From Methanomassiliicoccaceae archaeon (lineage in GTDB: Archaea > Thermoplasmatota > Thermoplasmata > Methanomassiliicoccales > Methanomassiliicoccaceae): a stretch of 64,000 nt of DNA. The stretch covers positions 64,001 to 128,000 of the forward strand of contig CAVSJV010000007.1 in assembly GCA_963728405.1 (NCBI GenBank), given 5' to 3'. The stretch's first letter is position 1, and every line of letters begins with the position of its first letter. Below the pieces are notes generated by a model. It saw nothing but the letters and a program-made list of their open reading frames with translations. It ran no database searches and was not told where the DNA came from. This document shows positions 1 through 10,790 of the stretch, piece by piece. The translations under genes and the position numbers were made by a program.

Positions 1-149
1 AGGGACCGCCCTTGATGGGGCATGATCAACTTGACCTGGGGGCTCGTCGACAGAGATCCATCCCCACGTCTGATGCATTAGCCGATTGGTCATAGCGAAT
101 GATACCTTGGCACGTTATTATGTTCGCTCAGGGCGTTAGGGGGACGGAC

Positions 150-1037
150 ATGGACGAGACGGACATTCTAATCACCAAGGAGCTAGCCATCGACCCCCGT
201 CTACCGTACCGAGACCTCGCCGACCGTTTGTCGCTGTCCGTCAACGGTGTGCACAAGCGCATCCAGCAGCTGATATCCACGGGTGTCATCGCCGTTTCAG
301 GGCCGGCCTGACCCCTCAAGTGACCGGCGGGGGTTTCCTGAACATCTACGGCCGGTCGCTCTCGACGAATCTGACCGCGACGATGGAACAGGTAGGCGGT
401 CATCCCTGCACCTCCCGCATTATTGCGGCTGGTGGGCAGTTCCTGTATGTGGATGCTCAAGTTCGATCAAACGAGGAGGTGCAGGAGTACCAGGCGTTGG
501 TCAGAGATGTCGGAAGGATCGACGACCTGAAGGCCATGGTCATTCTCATGCTCGGCCCGCCACCGGTCAAGGATCCTTTGTCTAAGCTGGACTACAGGAT
601 TGTCAAGGCCCTATCGTGGGACTGCCGACGCCCTCTTCACGAGGTGGCCGAGGAAATTGGCTCCACCGCCAAGACCGTGAAGAGGCGGCTGGAAAACTTG
701 GAGGCACAGAGGTGGATATGTTACGTACTTGACTGGGTGCCCTGTCATCGGGCGATTCATCTCTATCGTCCACGCCAGGGTGCGTGCCGATAGGTCAATG
801 CAGGAGATCGCCCTAGCGATGAACAGAAAGGACCCGCACATCCTGGGCGTTGGCGCCTCGAACACCCAACCCAGCCTGATGATATTCTCCATGTGGGCCC
901 GGGACCTCCGGGAGCTGAGGGTGGCGAGAATCCCTCAATACCGACGGCGACTTCGAGTCGCTGTACTCGAACCTGTTCTACGACATGAGGCTCTACCACG
1001 GTGGATGGACAAGCTCATCGCCGACCGGTCGAAGTGA
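150..1037 (+). CDS. Lrp/AsnC-family regulator with two HTH domains (split by about 3 frameshifts)
   Basis: [41 protein letters not shown] and a second [41 protein letters not shown], in successive frames (ORFs 99-311, 320-793, 729-1037). Confidence 0.75.
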
Positions 1038-1186
1038 CTGGCTTCGTACCGCGTGACCCTTTTGTCCACCGGCGAGGGGACGAACTGGCGTTTTTCCATC
1101 AACGGACGACAGCTTCCTCATTTGGGCAGGGGACGCGGCCTCAAGACCTCCTCGGCGGTAAGTGCCACTATAGGAAGGTAGACAAG

Positions 1187-2117
1187 ATGGAAGCGATCAA
1201 TCATCGAGGGCCTGGTCAAGAAGTACGGACCGACCGTGGCAGTGGACCACGCCAACCTGCGGGTGGACGAGGGAATGTGTTCGGCCTGATCGGGCCGAAC
1301 GGCTCGGGCAAGTCGACCATCATCCGCTCGCTGCTCGGGCTCATCCCTCACGAGAGCGGGCGGGTCATGGTCTCTGGAGTGGACATGCTCAGGCCGACGC
1401 GCAGCGGAAGGTGCGGGTCGGCTATCTGCCTCAGCGGGCAGCGTTCCAGGAGTGGAGGACCGCGGAGCAGGCCCTCAACACGCTGGGGCGGTTATCGGGG
1501 TTGGAAGGAGAACGCCTTGAGCAGCGGGTGGACGAGGTGCTGGAGCAGCTGGGCATCGAGGAGTTCCGCTCAAAGAAGGTAGACAAGCTTTCAGGGGGAA
1601 CGCTACAGAAGCTGGGCTTCGCCCAGGCGATACTGCACGAGCCGACGGTACTCGTTCTCGACGAGCCCATGGCCGCCCTGGACCCGGCCAGCCGTTTCCT
1701 GTTCAAGAAGATCATCCGGGAGCCTGAGGGCGTCCGGGACGACCATCCTGTTCTCGTCCCACATCCTCTCGGGCGTCGAGGACCTGGCCGATATGGTCGG
1801 CCTCCTCCAGGGCGGGAAGGTCCGCTACTCCGGGCCGATCAAGGGCCTGGAGAAGATGGTCGCCATCCGCTCCGAGCTGGTGGTCGAGCTGATCGACGAC
1901 AGGGGCGAGTGGAGGTCGGTAAGCCTGCCCGGGGTCGATCTGCGGCAGCCCTCCGCCGGCCTCCTGGTGGCGCACGTCAGTGACCTGGAGAAGTGGGACA
2001 CTACCGTACCCAGGATCATCGAGGCGCTGATGAAGGCAGGGTGTCACATACGATCGTTCAACCGCCACGATCCCAAACTCGAGGACCTCTACATGGCCTA
2101 CGTGGGGATCGAACTGA
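1187..2117 (+). CDS. ABC transporter ATP-binding protein (ABC-2/drug-export type), frameshifted
   Basis: Walker [10 protein letters not shown], signature LSGGTLQK, Walker B LVLDEP and H-loop SSHIL, spread over ORFs 1001-1582, 1411-1983 and 1793-2581. Confidence 0.85.
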
Positions 2118-2763
2118 GCCTCGGCCTCCTGATCAAGGATGAGATGAACGGCTTCTATCGCTCTAAGGTGATGGCGATCCTGTTTGTCGGACTGCCTCTC
2201 CTGGCAGTGCTGCTGTACTTCTTGTCGCCGGACCTCGGGAGCATGCCCCTGGGCGCGTTCACCGCGATGCTGGTGTCCTCGGTGGCCGGCCTGCTGGCCT
2301 CGACCACTCTGGCGGTCTCGATAATCAACGAGCGCTCCCAGGGCGCGTTCGACCTCTTCCTGGTGAGGCCGGTCAAACGGTCACACCTCCTGCTGGCGAA
2401 ATACCTGGCAGTAGTGGCCTGCGTGGTCATGGCGGCGGTGCTGGCGTTAGTGTTGGCGAACGGCTATGACTGGTACACAAGCGGTGCAATGGACCTGGGG
2501 CGCTGGTCGACCCGCTACTGGTCACCGTCACCATGGCATGCATCTCCTGCGCCGCGGCGGTGCTCTTCGGTACTCTGGTGAGGTCGGTGCTGGTGGGCGT
2601 CATTCTCACCATCTATGGTGGTAACCAGCTGTCCGCGGTGGTGGTGCTGCCGGCGCTGCAGAACATGCTGTCCCTGGAGACCACCGTGGTCATCGGGCTG
2701 GTGGTCGCCGCCGTCGTCCTGGGACTGGCAGTAGTGATCTTCGGCCGTAAGCTAAGCTCCTGA
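2114..2763 (+). CDS. ABC-2 type permease, frameshifted
   Basis: Hydrophobic helices and the permease motif SIINERSQGAFDLFLVRPVKRSHLLLAKY; continues in ORF 2533-2763. Start approximate. Confidence 0.8.
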
Positions 2764-3156
2764 ACGCTTCGCCCCCGATGAGCCCTGGAAAGGGTGAGGG
2801 GGATGAAAAGAACTCCGCTGAGCTGGGTTCCACCTTGAAGAACCTGCAAAGGCCTCTTTCTCAAAGAGAGCACTGTTATCAAATCGTTCTTCCCTCGTTG
2901 AGAGTGGAATGAGTAAATTCATGGCTATCGATCACACTTGAAAATCCGGAGATGGTAGCTTATTCGCATACCCGATCGAGGACAATACGGGTCAGGACTG
3001 GAGAGAATGATGTTGCCGCCTCAATCTGTCACGAGGGATGACGTCTCTCGGTCGCCGATTCCGCCGGGAGGATCTCATCTCCGTTGTTGGTCGAAAAAGG
3101 AGTGGCCTAGAAGCACTGCGATCGTCGGGGATGGTCAAAAATTAGATAAAAGCTAA

Positions 3157-3232
3157 TGGTGGGTCTGTCCGGATTTGAACCGGAGTCACCAGCACCCCAA
3201 GCTGGAAGGATACCAAGCTACCCCACAGACCC
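3157..3232 (-). tRNA. tRNA-Pro(GGG), CCA encoded
   Basis: Minus strand GGGTCTGTGGGGTAGCTTGGTATCCTTCCAGC-TTGGGGT-GCTGGTGACTCCGGTTCAAATCCGGACAGACCCACCA folds as a cloverleaf with anticodon GGG. Confidence 0.95.
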
Positions 3233-3269
3233 GTGGATAAAGGGGTTATACTGAAGAGGTTTAAAGCGT

Positions 3270-3461
3270 TTATCCCAGGGGGATGACCTCATCGATCAGG
3301 TCGGCGTGCGCCACGATCATGCGGCGGCAGCAGTAGCGCTGCAGGCCCAGATCGTCAAGGACCTGCTTCGGGTCCTCGCCCAGCTGTACACGCTTGATGT
3401 ACGTCTGGTAAACGCCTCCGACGACCTTGCCGCATGTGAAGCACCGAACTGGGATGATCAT
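3270..3461 (-). CDS. rpoN: DNA-directed RNA polymerase subunit N (Rpo10)
   Basis: [12 protein letters not shown]...RYCCRRM signature; follows rps9. Confidence 0.97.
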   Translation of the reverse strand: MIIPVRCFTCGKVVGGVYQTYIKRVQLGEDPKQVLDDLGLQRYCCRRMIVAHADLIDEVIPLG

Positions 3462-3466
3462 TCAAA

Positions 3467-3868
3467 TCACCGGTACGACTTCTGTCTCTTCTTCCGAGCG
3501 CCACGGCCCAGGGGCTTCTTGGGAAGCTTCCTGCGCGCATCGCTGATCAGCAGAGAGCGATCGTAGGTCTTGAACATTGTTGCCAGTTCCTCGTCCTTCA
3601 GGAACTCGACCAGGCCCTTGGCGATCGCAGTGCGCGTCGCCTCGGCCTGACCCATGAACCCGCCGCCTGCCACGTTGACGTGGACATCGACCTTGGTGGC
3701 CTTGTCCCCGGCGAGGGCCATAGGCTCCATGATCTTGAGGCGGGCGAGCTCGGGATTGTAGATCTCGATCGGGACGTTGTTGATCTTGACCTTGCCGGTG
3801 CCGACGCTGACGACGCACCTGGCCACGGCCTCCTTTCTCTTGCCGCTGGTGTTAACAACTTCTGCCAT
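3467..3868 (-). CDS. rps9: 30S ribosomal protein S9 (uS9)
   Basis: SGKRKEAVAR, GGGFMGQAEA, GARKKRQKSYR; start taken at ATG 3868. Confidence 0.97.
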   Translation of the reverse strand: MAEVVNTSGKRKEAVARCVVSVGTGKVKINNVPIEIYNPELARLKIMEPMALAGDKATKVDVHVNVAGGGFMGQAEATRTAIAKGLVEFLKDEELATMFKTYDRSLLISDARRKLPKKPLGRGARKKRQKSYR

Positions 3869-3873
3869 ATGGT

Positions 3874-4293
3874 TCACCTCAACCTCGATCCGAGGTGCTC
3901 GGCGACCTCGCCCAGTGTGACGTACTTGTCCGTCCACAGGTTGGTGGCCGCTTCTACCTGCTCCATCTTGGCGGAGACGAGGTCCTTGGGTACTCCAACA
4001 TATACTGTCAGGTGCCGGTAGACCTCCCTGCCGTGGGAAGACTTGAAAGGGATCATCCCGCGGACGGTCCTCTTGAGTATGAGATCGGCCCTCTTGGGGA
4101 AGAACGGACCGTTGATCTGCTTACCGCGCTTGTACTTGGCGGTGTAGTTGTCGAAGATCACGTCCCGGTTCCCGGTGATGATGGCCTTCTCAGCATTGAC
4201 AACGATGACATCCTCGCCATTCAGTATGCGCTTGGCGATGTTGGTGCTCATGCGACCAAGGATGTGCTTCTCTGCGTTTATGACAACGACCAT
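3874..4293 (-). CDS. rpl13: 50S ribosomal protein L13 (uL13)
   Basis: INAEKHILGRMS...VVNAEKAIITG...GPFFPKRAD...RTVRGMIP. Confidence 0.97.
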   Translation of the reverse strand: MVVVINAEKHILGRMSTNIAKRILNGEDVIVVNAEKAIITGNRDVIFDNYTAKYKRGKQINGPFFPKRADLILKRTVRGMIPFKSSHGREVYRHLTVYVGVPKDLVSAKMEQVEAATNLWTDKYVTLGEVAEHLGSRLR

Positions 4294-4298
4294 TCAGC

Positions 4299-4661
4299 TC
4301 ACCCCATGATCCTGACACCGGTGCCGGTCGGGTCCTTCTCGATCAGCTCGGTGATGGTCATCCTCTTTCCGCCGGCCTCTTCGATCGCCTTGGAGGCGGA
4401 CGCGGAGAATCTGAACGCTGCTACCGTGACCTTCTTCTTAAGGCTCCCGGCTCCCAGCACCTTGCCGGCGACAACGATGACGTCGCCCTCGTTCGCGTAC
4501 CGCTCCAGCCTGCTCAGGTTGACCTCGGCCCAGTTATTGCTGGGCTTTTCCAACCGTAGAGCAATGTCTCGCCAGATGGCGGTTTCCTGCTCCCGGGACT
4601 CCCTCTTCAGATCGGCGATGAGGGCCACCAGGTTAAGGTCCGTCTTGTGTGATGTTTTCAT
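4299..4661 (-). CDS. rpl18e: 50S ribosomal protein L18e (eL18)
   Basis: EVNLSRLERYA...VVAGKVLGAG...VAAFRFSASA; first gene of the L18e-L13-S9-RpoN operon. Confidence 0.97.
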   Translation of the reverse strand: MKTSHKTDLNLVALIADLKRESREQETAIWRDIALRLEKPSNNWAEVNLSRLERYANEGDVIVVAGKVLGAGSLKKKVTVAAFRFSASASKAIEEAGGKRMTITELIEKDPTGTGVRIMG

Positions 4662-4720
4662 TCTGACTCCCTCGACATTGAGTAGACGGCTCTAATAGAG
4701 AGCTATATTATATACTTTCC

Positions 4721-7700
4721 TCAGGGGCAAGCCTCCTCGCGGCGGTCGTTTGGGCTATCTGGCCGTGCTGAGGACGCGCCCTCCTCCTTGGCCGAAGGGG
4801 ACTCCTCGGAAGCGAGGGCGCCCTTCTCGCCCAGTTTGACGACGACGGCCTCGATCCGGGAGCGGAGAACAAGGGTCGGCCGCTTGTATCCCAGCAGGCC
4901 GGCCACCTTGGTCACCACCTCCTTCATGTTGGCGTCCTGGTCCTTCGGCACGCAGTACAGGACCAGGCCCTCGAGCTCCAGGTCGCAGACCTGATCGATG
5001 TCCCGGCGGTGCTCGTCGCTCCGGCGGACCGGGACCACGTCCTCGTCCGCCGCCCACAGGTAGTCCTCATCCACCCGGACGGCGTGGCCGTCCAGAGAGC
5101 CGATGGCCTGGACCAGCACCTTGTCGATGTTGCCCGGCCTCTTCCCCGTCGCGGCGGCGACCAGGTCCTTGACGCGGTCGCGGACGATGGCGATATGGAC
5201 GGGTCCTTCCATGCCGACGACCCGGACGACCGCCTCGGCCAACGCCTTCGACGGCTCGGAGCGGTATAGGGCGACGAGCGCTTCGTCCCTTAGGTCTGCC
5301 CTGCTATAGGGTATGCAATCTTCCTTGGGCTCGCCCATCTCGGGGACGGCGACGGTCGCGACCAGCACTTCTGCGGGCCGGTTCGCTACCTCGCGGGCGG
5401 CCTTCTCCGCTTCCTCCTCCCTTGCCTTGGCCACCGCGGCCATGATCCTTTCCACCTCGGCGTCCTTGTCCTTGATCCAGTCCTGGGACCATAGGCGGAG
5501 CAGCCTCCAGCCCAGGTTGGATAGCACCTCGACCTTCAGCCGCTCCCGGTCGCGGGCGCTGCCGGCCTTGCGGTAGGACGGCCCGTCGGTGAGGATGCCC
5601 AGCAGGTAGTTGCCGGGCCGGTCCGGGTCGACGATGGCCAGATCTACTCGGGCCAGCGACCGCCCCACCTTCTCTTCGACGACCAGGCCTTTCGATTCAA
5701 GCCAGGAACGGACCTCTTCCTCCGAGGGGATTGAGGTCCGAGGCCCGTCCACGGCCGCGTCAGTATCATGTTCTGCCGCTCGAGCGTACCGCATGTACGA
5801 GCGGAGCGCTTCCACGCCCGGCGTGGAGCCTTCCAGCTCCTCCGGCTGCAGCGAGGTGACCAACTTCACGTGCTCCCTAGCCCTGGTGATCGCCACGTTG
5901 AGACGCCTTTCCCCACCGGGCCGGTTCAGCGGCCCGAAGTTCTGGAACATCCGTCCCTTGGCGTCCTTGCCGTAGCCGATGGAGAAGAGCATCACATCCC
6001 TTTCGTCGCCCTGCACGTTCTCCAGGTTCTTGACGAAGAAGCCCTCTTCGGCGTCCTCGTTGAGCAAGGGTGCCAGCGACGGCAGCGTGGTGATGCGCCG
6101 CTCTAGCTCCTCGATGATGGCCATCTGCTGGGGCTCGCTGAACGCTACCACCCCCAGGCTCTTGTTGGAGTGGGAGAGCACATGCTCTACCACCAGGTCC
6201 GCGACCTTCTCTGCTTCCTTGGCGTTCTTCCTGGTCCTGGCCCGATCGTACCGTCCCTCGGGCACGTGCACGAACCCCACGCCCAGCCCGGGGCGGTCCA
6301 GCATGGCCGAAGGGAAGGTCAACAGCCGCCCGCCGTAGAACTGCTGGTTCGAGAACGCTATCAGGGACTCCTGCCGTGAGCGGTAGTGCCACAGCAGCAT
6401 GCGCTGGGGCATCGCCGATGAGCACTCGTCCAGGATACTTTCCAGGTCGGGCACGTCCTCTTCCTCGTCGTTGAGGTCGCGGAAGAAGTCCGTGGGCGGC
6501 AGCTGCTTGCTGTCACCGACGACGATCACTTGGCGCGCCCGCATGATCGGCCCGATGGCGTCCTCCGGTCGCACCTGGGACGCCTCGTCGAAGATGACCA
6601 GGTCAAACCTCGCCTTGGCGGGGTCGAGGTACGTCGACACTGACAAGGGGCTCATCAGCAGGCATGGTTTCAGCGTCTGGATCGGCTGCATGGCCTGGGA
6701 GAAAAGCTCCCGCAGCGGGCGCAGCTTGCGCTTCCTGCTCACTTCGTGCCGCAGGACCCACAGTCCGCTGCCCTGTTCCGGCGAGGATACCTCGCAGAGC
6801 TCTCTCCTTCTAGCGTCCAGGAGCGTTCGGGCCCTCGAAGGCGCCTGCTCGATGTGGCGGCAGTCCAACTCGGCGAAGTGAGCGATGCTGCGCTCCTGGG
6901 TCTCGCGGTCGAAGTCCCTCAGACGGCGGTCCCTGGACAGCAGGAGGTCGTGCCACAGCGTGAAGTAGCGCTTCCGCACGCCCTTCCACACATCCGTTGC
7001 CGGCAGCTGTCCCTGGGCCGATAGCATCAGCAGATCGGCCATCCCGCGCTCCGCCGCTTCCCTCCTGACCCGAGAGATCTCGGTCCACTCCTGGAACAGC
7101 GCGACGCTGTCCAGGTGCTCCTGGGCCCAGGTGGTCAGCTCGTCGAACGAGATCTCGTGCAGGGAGCGGCCGTGCGCGAGCCGGCCAAGCTCGAACAGAT
7201 TGCCGATCGAGGATAGGGCCCCCTCGAACCGCAGTGCCGCCCCCTCCACCACGTCCACGCGGGTCTTTAGCCCGGCCAGCTCGTCGGGGCCGCCGCACAG
7301 CAGTTCGATCAGGGATGGAGACGTCGGCTGGCCATACTTCTCGTAGTATAGCTTGGTCCACCTGATCGAGTTCCGCAGCTTGTCCCAGTCGGTGTTCTCG
7401 CCCCGGAAGTGCTGGCCCAGCACGGAGGAGCATTCCGCTTCCAGAGCGAGCAGGCGGTCGGCCAGCTCGGAGGTGCGGACGATCTCCTTCAGATCATCGG
7501 TCGCTTCCTCGAACGAGACCTTCCTCTCGTTCCTGGCGAGGGAGCGGAGCTTGCCCATGTCGCTGCGGTAGTGCAGGCTGAGCAGGCGCTTGGTCACGTG
7601 GTGATAGTCGTCCTGGAACCGCCGCTGCATCGAACGGAGGTCCAGAGCGAGCACGTCCTCATGATACATCTGGCGAAGCCAGCTCATGCGGGCCCCGAAC

Positions 7701-9367
7701 TCCAGATAGCTACTGCGCATGTCCTCGACCAGCCGGATGAGTCGGGAAGGGTCGGACTCCAGCCATTCCGGCCGCGGGTACGGGGTCAGGTTGACGGTCC
7801 GCAGATGGTTGATCAGGTCGGCCGTTCCCTTCAGGTCCGTGGGGGCGGCAAGCCCGTAATCTTGGTATAGCGGTCCGAGCACTTCTGCCAGCCTGATCTT
7901 GGCCAACTTCAATGTGGACAGCCGATGAACGATCTCTGATTGGGCGCTCAGCTTCCACGAGTCCAGAAGACAGTCGGACCAGGGGTGCGTCTCACTACCC
8001 ACCAGAACGGAGGCGTAGCCTTCCACGTCCTTGACCAGCGGCTCCAGCGGCTCCAGGTCCCGCTTCGACATTCGTTCCAGGTTCGGGAACGTGAGCGGCA
8101 CTTCAGGCGCCGAGCGCAGCAGCGTCAGCTCCGACAACAGCTCATGAAAGCTCATCCCCAGTCCATCGCGCACCTGATGCAGCGCGTCCACATAGCCGTC
8201 CAGCGACGCCCTCGCCCGGTCCAGCTCCTCCCGGTCCGACGGCAGCGCTTCCGTCGGAGCGGGCGCGGACAAGCAGCGGGAAAGCTCTTCGACGACCTCC
8301 TGCCGCCCCCGGTCATGGTTGTGCAGCTCCAAGCAGTAATCGCCCAGACCGCGGGCCTCCAGACGCTTCTTGACCACATCGAGCGCGGCCATCTTCTCGG
8401 AGACGAACAGCACCGTCCGGCCGCTCGCCAGCGTCTCGGACACGATGTTGGCGATGGTCTGGCTCTTCCCGGTCCCGGGCGGCCCCTGCAGCACGAAACT
8501 GGTCCCGCTCAGTGCCAGGGCGATGGCCTCCTGTTGGCTGGAGTCAGCGTCCAGCACCTGGAAGTCTGGCCGGGTGGCGTCCCCGTCCAGGGACACTGGA
8601 GAGGTAAGCTCGCCCTTGGCGGCCGGCTCCCCGGCCAAAGCTCTTACCACGGGGTGGGCGGAGGCGAGGTCCTTGAACTGCCCCAGCTCGTCGTACATGC
8701 ACATCTTGGGGAACTTGAACAGGCCGAGGTAGGCGGCATCATTGACCTCCCATCCGAGCCGCGCGAAGGTCAGCCGCACGCTGTCCAGGTACGCGGCGAG
8801 CTCGAAGTTCTCCTCCGGCAACGCCGGCAACGTGAGTGACAGTTCCGACCTCAGCTTATGGGCCAGGGTCGGATTGACCGCGATCTCCTCTCCGGACTGC
8901 TTGAGCACGTAGGGGTCCAGGGGGCCGGAGCGGCTCAGCTCCACCGGAACGAGCAGGAGGGGCGATCGGACCTTCTCGCCCTGGGTGCTCTCCGAGGACC
9001 ACTCCAGGACGCCGATCGTTAGAAATAGGATGTTGACGCCCTGCTCTCGCATGGCCTCGCGGGCCTTGGTGCGCATGACCATCAGTGAGCGGTCGCCCTT
9101 GCCCTTTTCGACGTTCGAGAGGACCTTTCTCATCTCGCCCTTGGGGGCGATGGTCGCCTCGCCTTCCGGACCGAGCTCGACCTCGAACGACAGCTTGCGC
9201 TCGACGACCTGACGAAATATCTCCGGCGGCCCCGGGGACGACAGACGGAGGCAACCCAGGCGACTCTCTTTGATATCGAGGAGCCGGTTCCTTAGGCTGG
9301 TATCCACCAGATTCTTTCTCCATCTCTCGATACGTACGTCTACAGAATCTACTTTCAGAGTGCTCAT
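4721..9367 (-). CDS. DUF4011 - SF1 helicase (UPF1/DNA2-like) - Vsr/REase-like nuclease - DUF3320 protein (Hhe-like architecture), 1548 aa
   Basis: N-term WRKNLVDTSLRNRLL (DUF4011); Walker A QGPPGTGKSQTIAN; FDLVIFDEASQ; VVGDSKQLPPT; WHYRS; ENVQGDERD; RRLNVAITRAR; nuclease-like VDLAIVDP...RDRERLKVEVLSNLGWRLLRLWSQDW; C-term VVGMEGPVH (DUF3320-like). Confidence 0.88.
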   Translation of the reverse strand: MSTLKVDSVDVRIERWRKNLVDTSLRNRLLDIKESRLGCLRLSSPGPPEIFRQVVERKLSFEVELGPEGEATIAPKGEMRKVLSNVEKGKGDRSLMVMRTKAREAMREQGVNILFLTIGVLEWSSESTQGEKVRSPLLLVPVELSRSGPLDPYVLKQSGEEIAVNPTLAHKLRSELSLTLPALPEENFELAAYLDSVRLTFARLGWEVNDAAYLGLFKFPKMCMYDELGQFKDLASAHPVVRALAGEPAAKGELTSPVSLDGDATRPDFQVLDADSSQQEAIALALSGTSFVLQGPPGTGKSQTIANIVSETLASGRTVLFVSEKMAALDVVKKRLEARGLGDYCLELHNHDRGRQEVVEELSRCLSAPAPTEALPSDREELDRARASLDGYVDALHQVRDGLGMSFHELLSELTLLRSAPEVPLTFPNLERMSKRDLEPLEPLVKDVEGYASVLVGSETHPWSDCLLDSWKLSAQSEIVHRLSTLKLAKIRLAEVLGPLYQDYGLAAPTDLKGTADLINHLRTVNLTPYPRPEWLESDPSRLIRLVEDMRSSYLEFGARMSWLRQMYHEDVLALDLRSMQRRFQDDYHHVTKRLLSLHYRSDMGKLRSLARNERKVSFEEATDDLKEIVRTSELADRLLALEAECSSVLGQHFRGENTDWDKLRNSIRWTKLYYEKYGQPTSPSLIELLCGGPDELAGLKTRVDVVEGAALRFEGALSSIGNLFELGRLAHGRSLHEISFDELTTWAQEHLDSVALFQEWTEISRVRREAAERGMADLLMLSAQGQLPATDVWKGVRKRYFTLWHDLLLSRDRRLRDFDRETQERSIAHFAELDCRHIEQAPSRARTLLDARRRELCEVSSPEQGSGLWVLRHEVSRKRKLRPLRELFSQAMQPIQTLKPCLLMSPLSVSTYLDPAKARFDLVIFDEASQVRPEDAIGPIMRARQVIVVGDSKQLPPTDFFRDLNDEEEDVPDLESILDECSSAMPQRMLLWHYRSRQESLIAFSNQQFYGGRLLTFPSAMLDRPGLGVGFVHVPEGRYDRARTRKNAKEAEKVADLVVEHVLSHSNKSLGVVAFSEPQQMAIIEELERRITTLPSLAPLLNEDAEEGFFVKNLENVQGDERDVMLFSIGYGKDAKGRMFQNFGPLNRPGGERRLNVAITRAREHVKLVTSLQPEELEGSTPGVEALRSYMRYARAAEHDTDAAVDGPRTSIPSEEEVRSWLESKGLVVEEKVGRSLARVDLAIVDPDRPGNYLLGILTDGPSYRKAGSARDRERLKVEVLSNLGWRLLRLWSQDWIKDKDAEVERIMAAVAKAREEEAEKAAREVANRPAEVLVATVAVPEMGEPKEDCIPYSRADLRDEALVALYRSEPSKALAEAVVRVVGMEGPVHIAIVRDRVKDLVAAATGKRPGNIDKVLVQAIGSLDGHAVRVDEDYLWAADEDVVPVRRSDEHRRDIDQVCDLELEGLVLYCVPKDQDANMKEVVTKVAGLLGYKRPTLVLRSRIEAVVVKLGEKGALASEESPSAKEEGASSARPDSPNDRREEACP

Positions 9368-9552
9368 CCCAACCGCTCATGCTCACGGGGTCATGTTAAA
9401 AAATGGTTCGCATGTCAGTTAGCTCTCCAAGAATGATAACACTACGCTAGCCACAGCAGTCCAGATAGGTAAAACCATTAGCAGCAATTATATATACCCT
9501 CCTTCATAATCAGTAAGGCTTTAGGGGAACTTAGGATAGTATTGGTGTTATT

Positions 9553-10782
9553 ATGATTCGATTTGGTCCAGCGGGCATTCCTCTCTCCTGCAAGGGCAGG
9601 ACCCTCCGTGACGGCATTGAGGACGTACACGGTCTCGGCCTCAATGCGATGGAGGTTCAGATGGTCAGGGTCAACGTCATCGACCGCTTCCCGGACGAGG
9701 AAGAGGTAGGACGGACGCCTTTGGAAGTGGAGAGCGATCTCATTATGGAGATTATGCGGGTCAAGAACAAGAAGGAGGTCCGTATGACCAGGCCCACCGA
9801 GAAGATCAAGGAGGACGACACCTTAATCACCTTGGCTTCCGGGCTCGCTCAGAACTTCAAGGAGCTGAAGGAGCTAGGAGAGATGGGCAAGGAGATGGAC
9901 GTCGAGCTTTCGATGCATACTCCTTATTACATGGACCTCGCTTCGAACTCCGATCTCACCGCGCGGTGCATGGACAACATCCGCTGGGCCGGCACGATGA
10001 CCGACCAGATGGACGGTGGCCTTGTCGTGACCCACCTCGGACTGGCCTCCGACAAGAACAAGAAGGAGGCCAAGAAGAACATCACCGAGAACATCACATC
10101 CATCATGGAGTGGTGGGAGGACAACAAGATCAAGCCGCGCCTCGGCTTCGAGACGAGCGGCCGTCAGGAAGTGTTCGGCTCCCTGGATGAGGTCCTCGAG
10201 ATGTGCGACAGCATCAAGGGCACTGTTCCGGTGATCAACTTCGCCCACGCCCACGCCCGGGAGAGCGGCGGGTTGCGGGAGCCGCAGGACTTCGGCGCTC
10301 TGCTGGACCGCATCAAGGATTACGTCGGCGGGCATTTCTACACCCACTTCTCCGGCGTGGAGCATGAGGGTGGCAATGAGAAGAGGATCACCCCGATCAA
10401 GAAGGGCGATCTCAAGTTCGAACCTCTGGCCGACTTTTTGGCAGAGGAAAATCCCAACATCACCATCATCTCATCGTCCCCGCTGTTGGAGCACGACGCG
10501 ATGTACATGAAGGTCATCTACGAGCGGGTGCTGACCAAGCGCGTCGCCAAGGAGACCAAGGTGAAGAAGGTCGAGACGGGCGGCAAGGACGAGGGCGAGG
10601 AGGAGGAGGGCGAAGAGGAGGGCGAAGAAGAGAAGCCGAGGCCCAAGCCCAAGGTGGAGAAGAAGCCCGCCCCCAAGCCGGCCGAGAAGCCCAAGGCGCC
10701 GGTCAAAGGGCCGACCAAGGTCATGCCCCTCAAGGTCGCGGTGGCCAAGGCCGCCCCGGCCGCGGCGAAGAAGAAGCGGTAG
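9553..10782 (+). CDS. Endonuclease IV (Nfo)-like TIM-barrel protein with an insertion and a long acidic/basic tail
   Basis: MIRFGPAGIP, LSMHTPYY, VVTHLG, GFETSGR, INFAHAHAR, THFSGVE; tail GEEEEGEEEGEEEKPRPKPK...AKKKR. Confidence 0.8.
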   Translation: MIRFGPAGIPLSCKGRTLRDGIEDVHGLGLNAMEVQMVRVNVIDRFPDEEEVGRTPLEVESDLIMEIMRVKNKKEVRMTRPTEKIKEDDTLITLASGLAQNFKELKELGEMGKEMDVELSMHTPYYMDLASNSDLTARCMDNIRWAGTMTDQMDGGLVVTHLGLASDKNKKEAKKNITENITSIMEWWEDNKIKPRLGFETSGRQEVFGSLDEVLEMCDSIKGTVPVINFAHAHARESGGLREPQDFGALLDRIKDYVGGHFYTHFSGVEHEGGNEKRITPIKKGDLKFEPLADFLAEENPNITIISSSPLLEHDAMYMKVIYERVLTKRVAKETKVKKVETGGKDEGEEEEGEEEGEEEKPRPKPKVEKKPAPKPAEKPKAPVKGPTKVMPLKVAVAKAAPAAAKKKR

Positions 10783-10790
10783 GGGCCCGG

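Noticed and set aside
1793-2581. Apparent ABC ATPase-permease fusion
   Set aside because: The region has several indels and a TGA at 2115 at the expected junction; two ordinary genes is the simpler reading.
2764-3156. Non-coding stretch after the tRNA-Pro 3' end as an integration scar
   Set aside because: No integrase, and I did not see a duplicated tRNA 3' end in the window.
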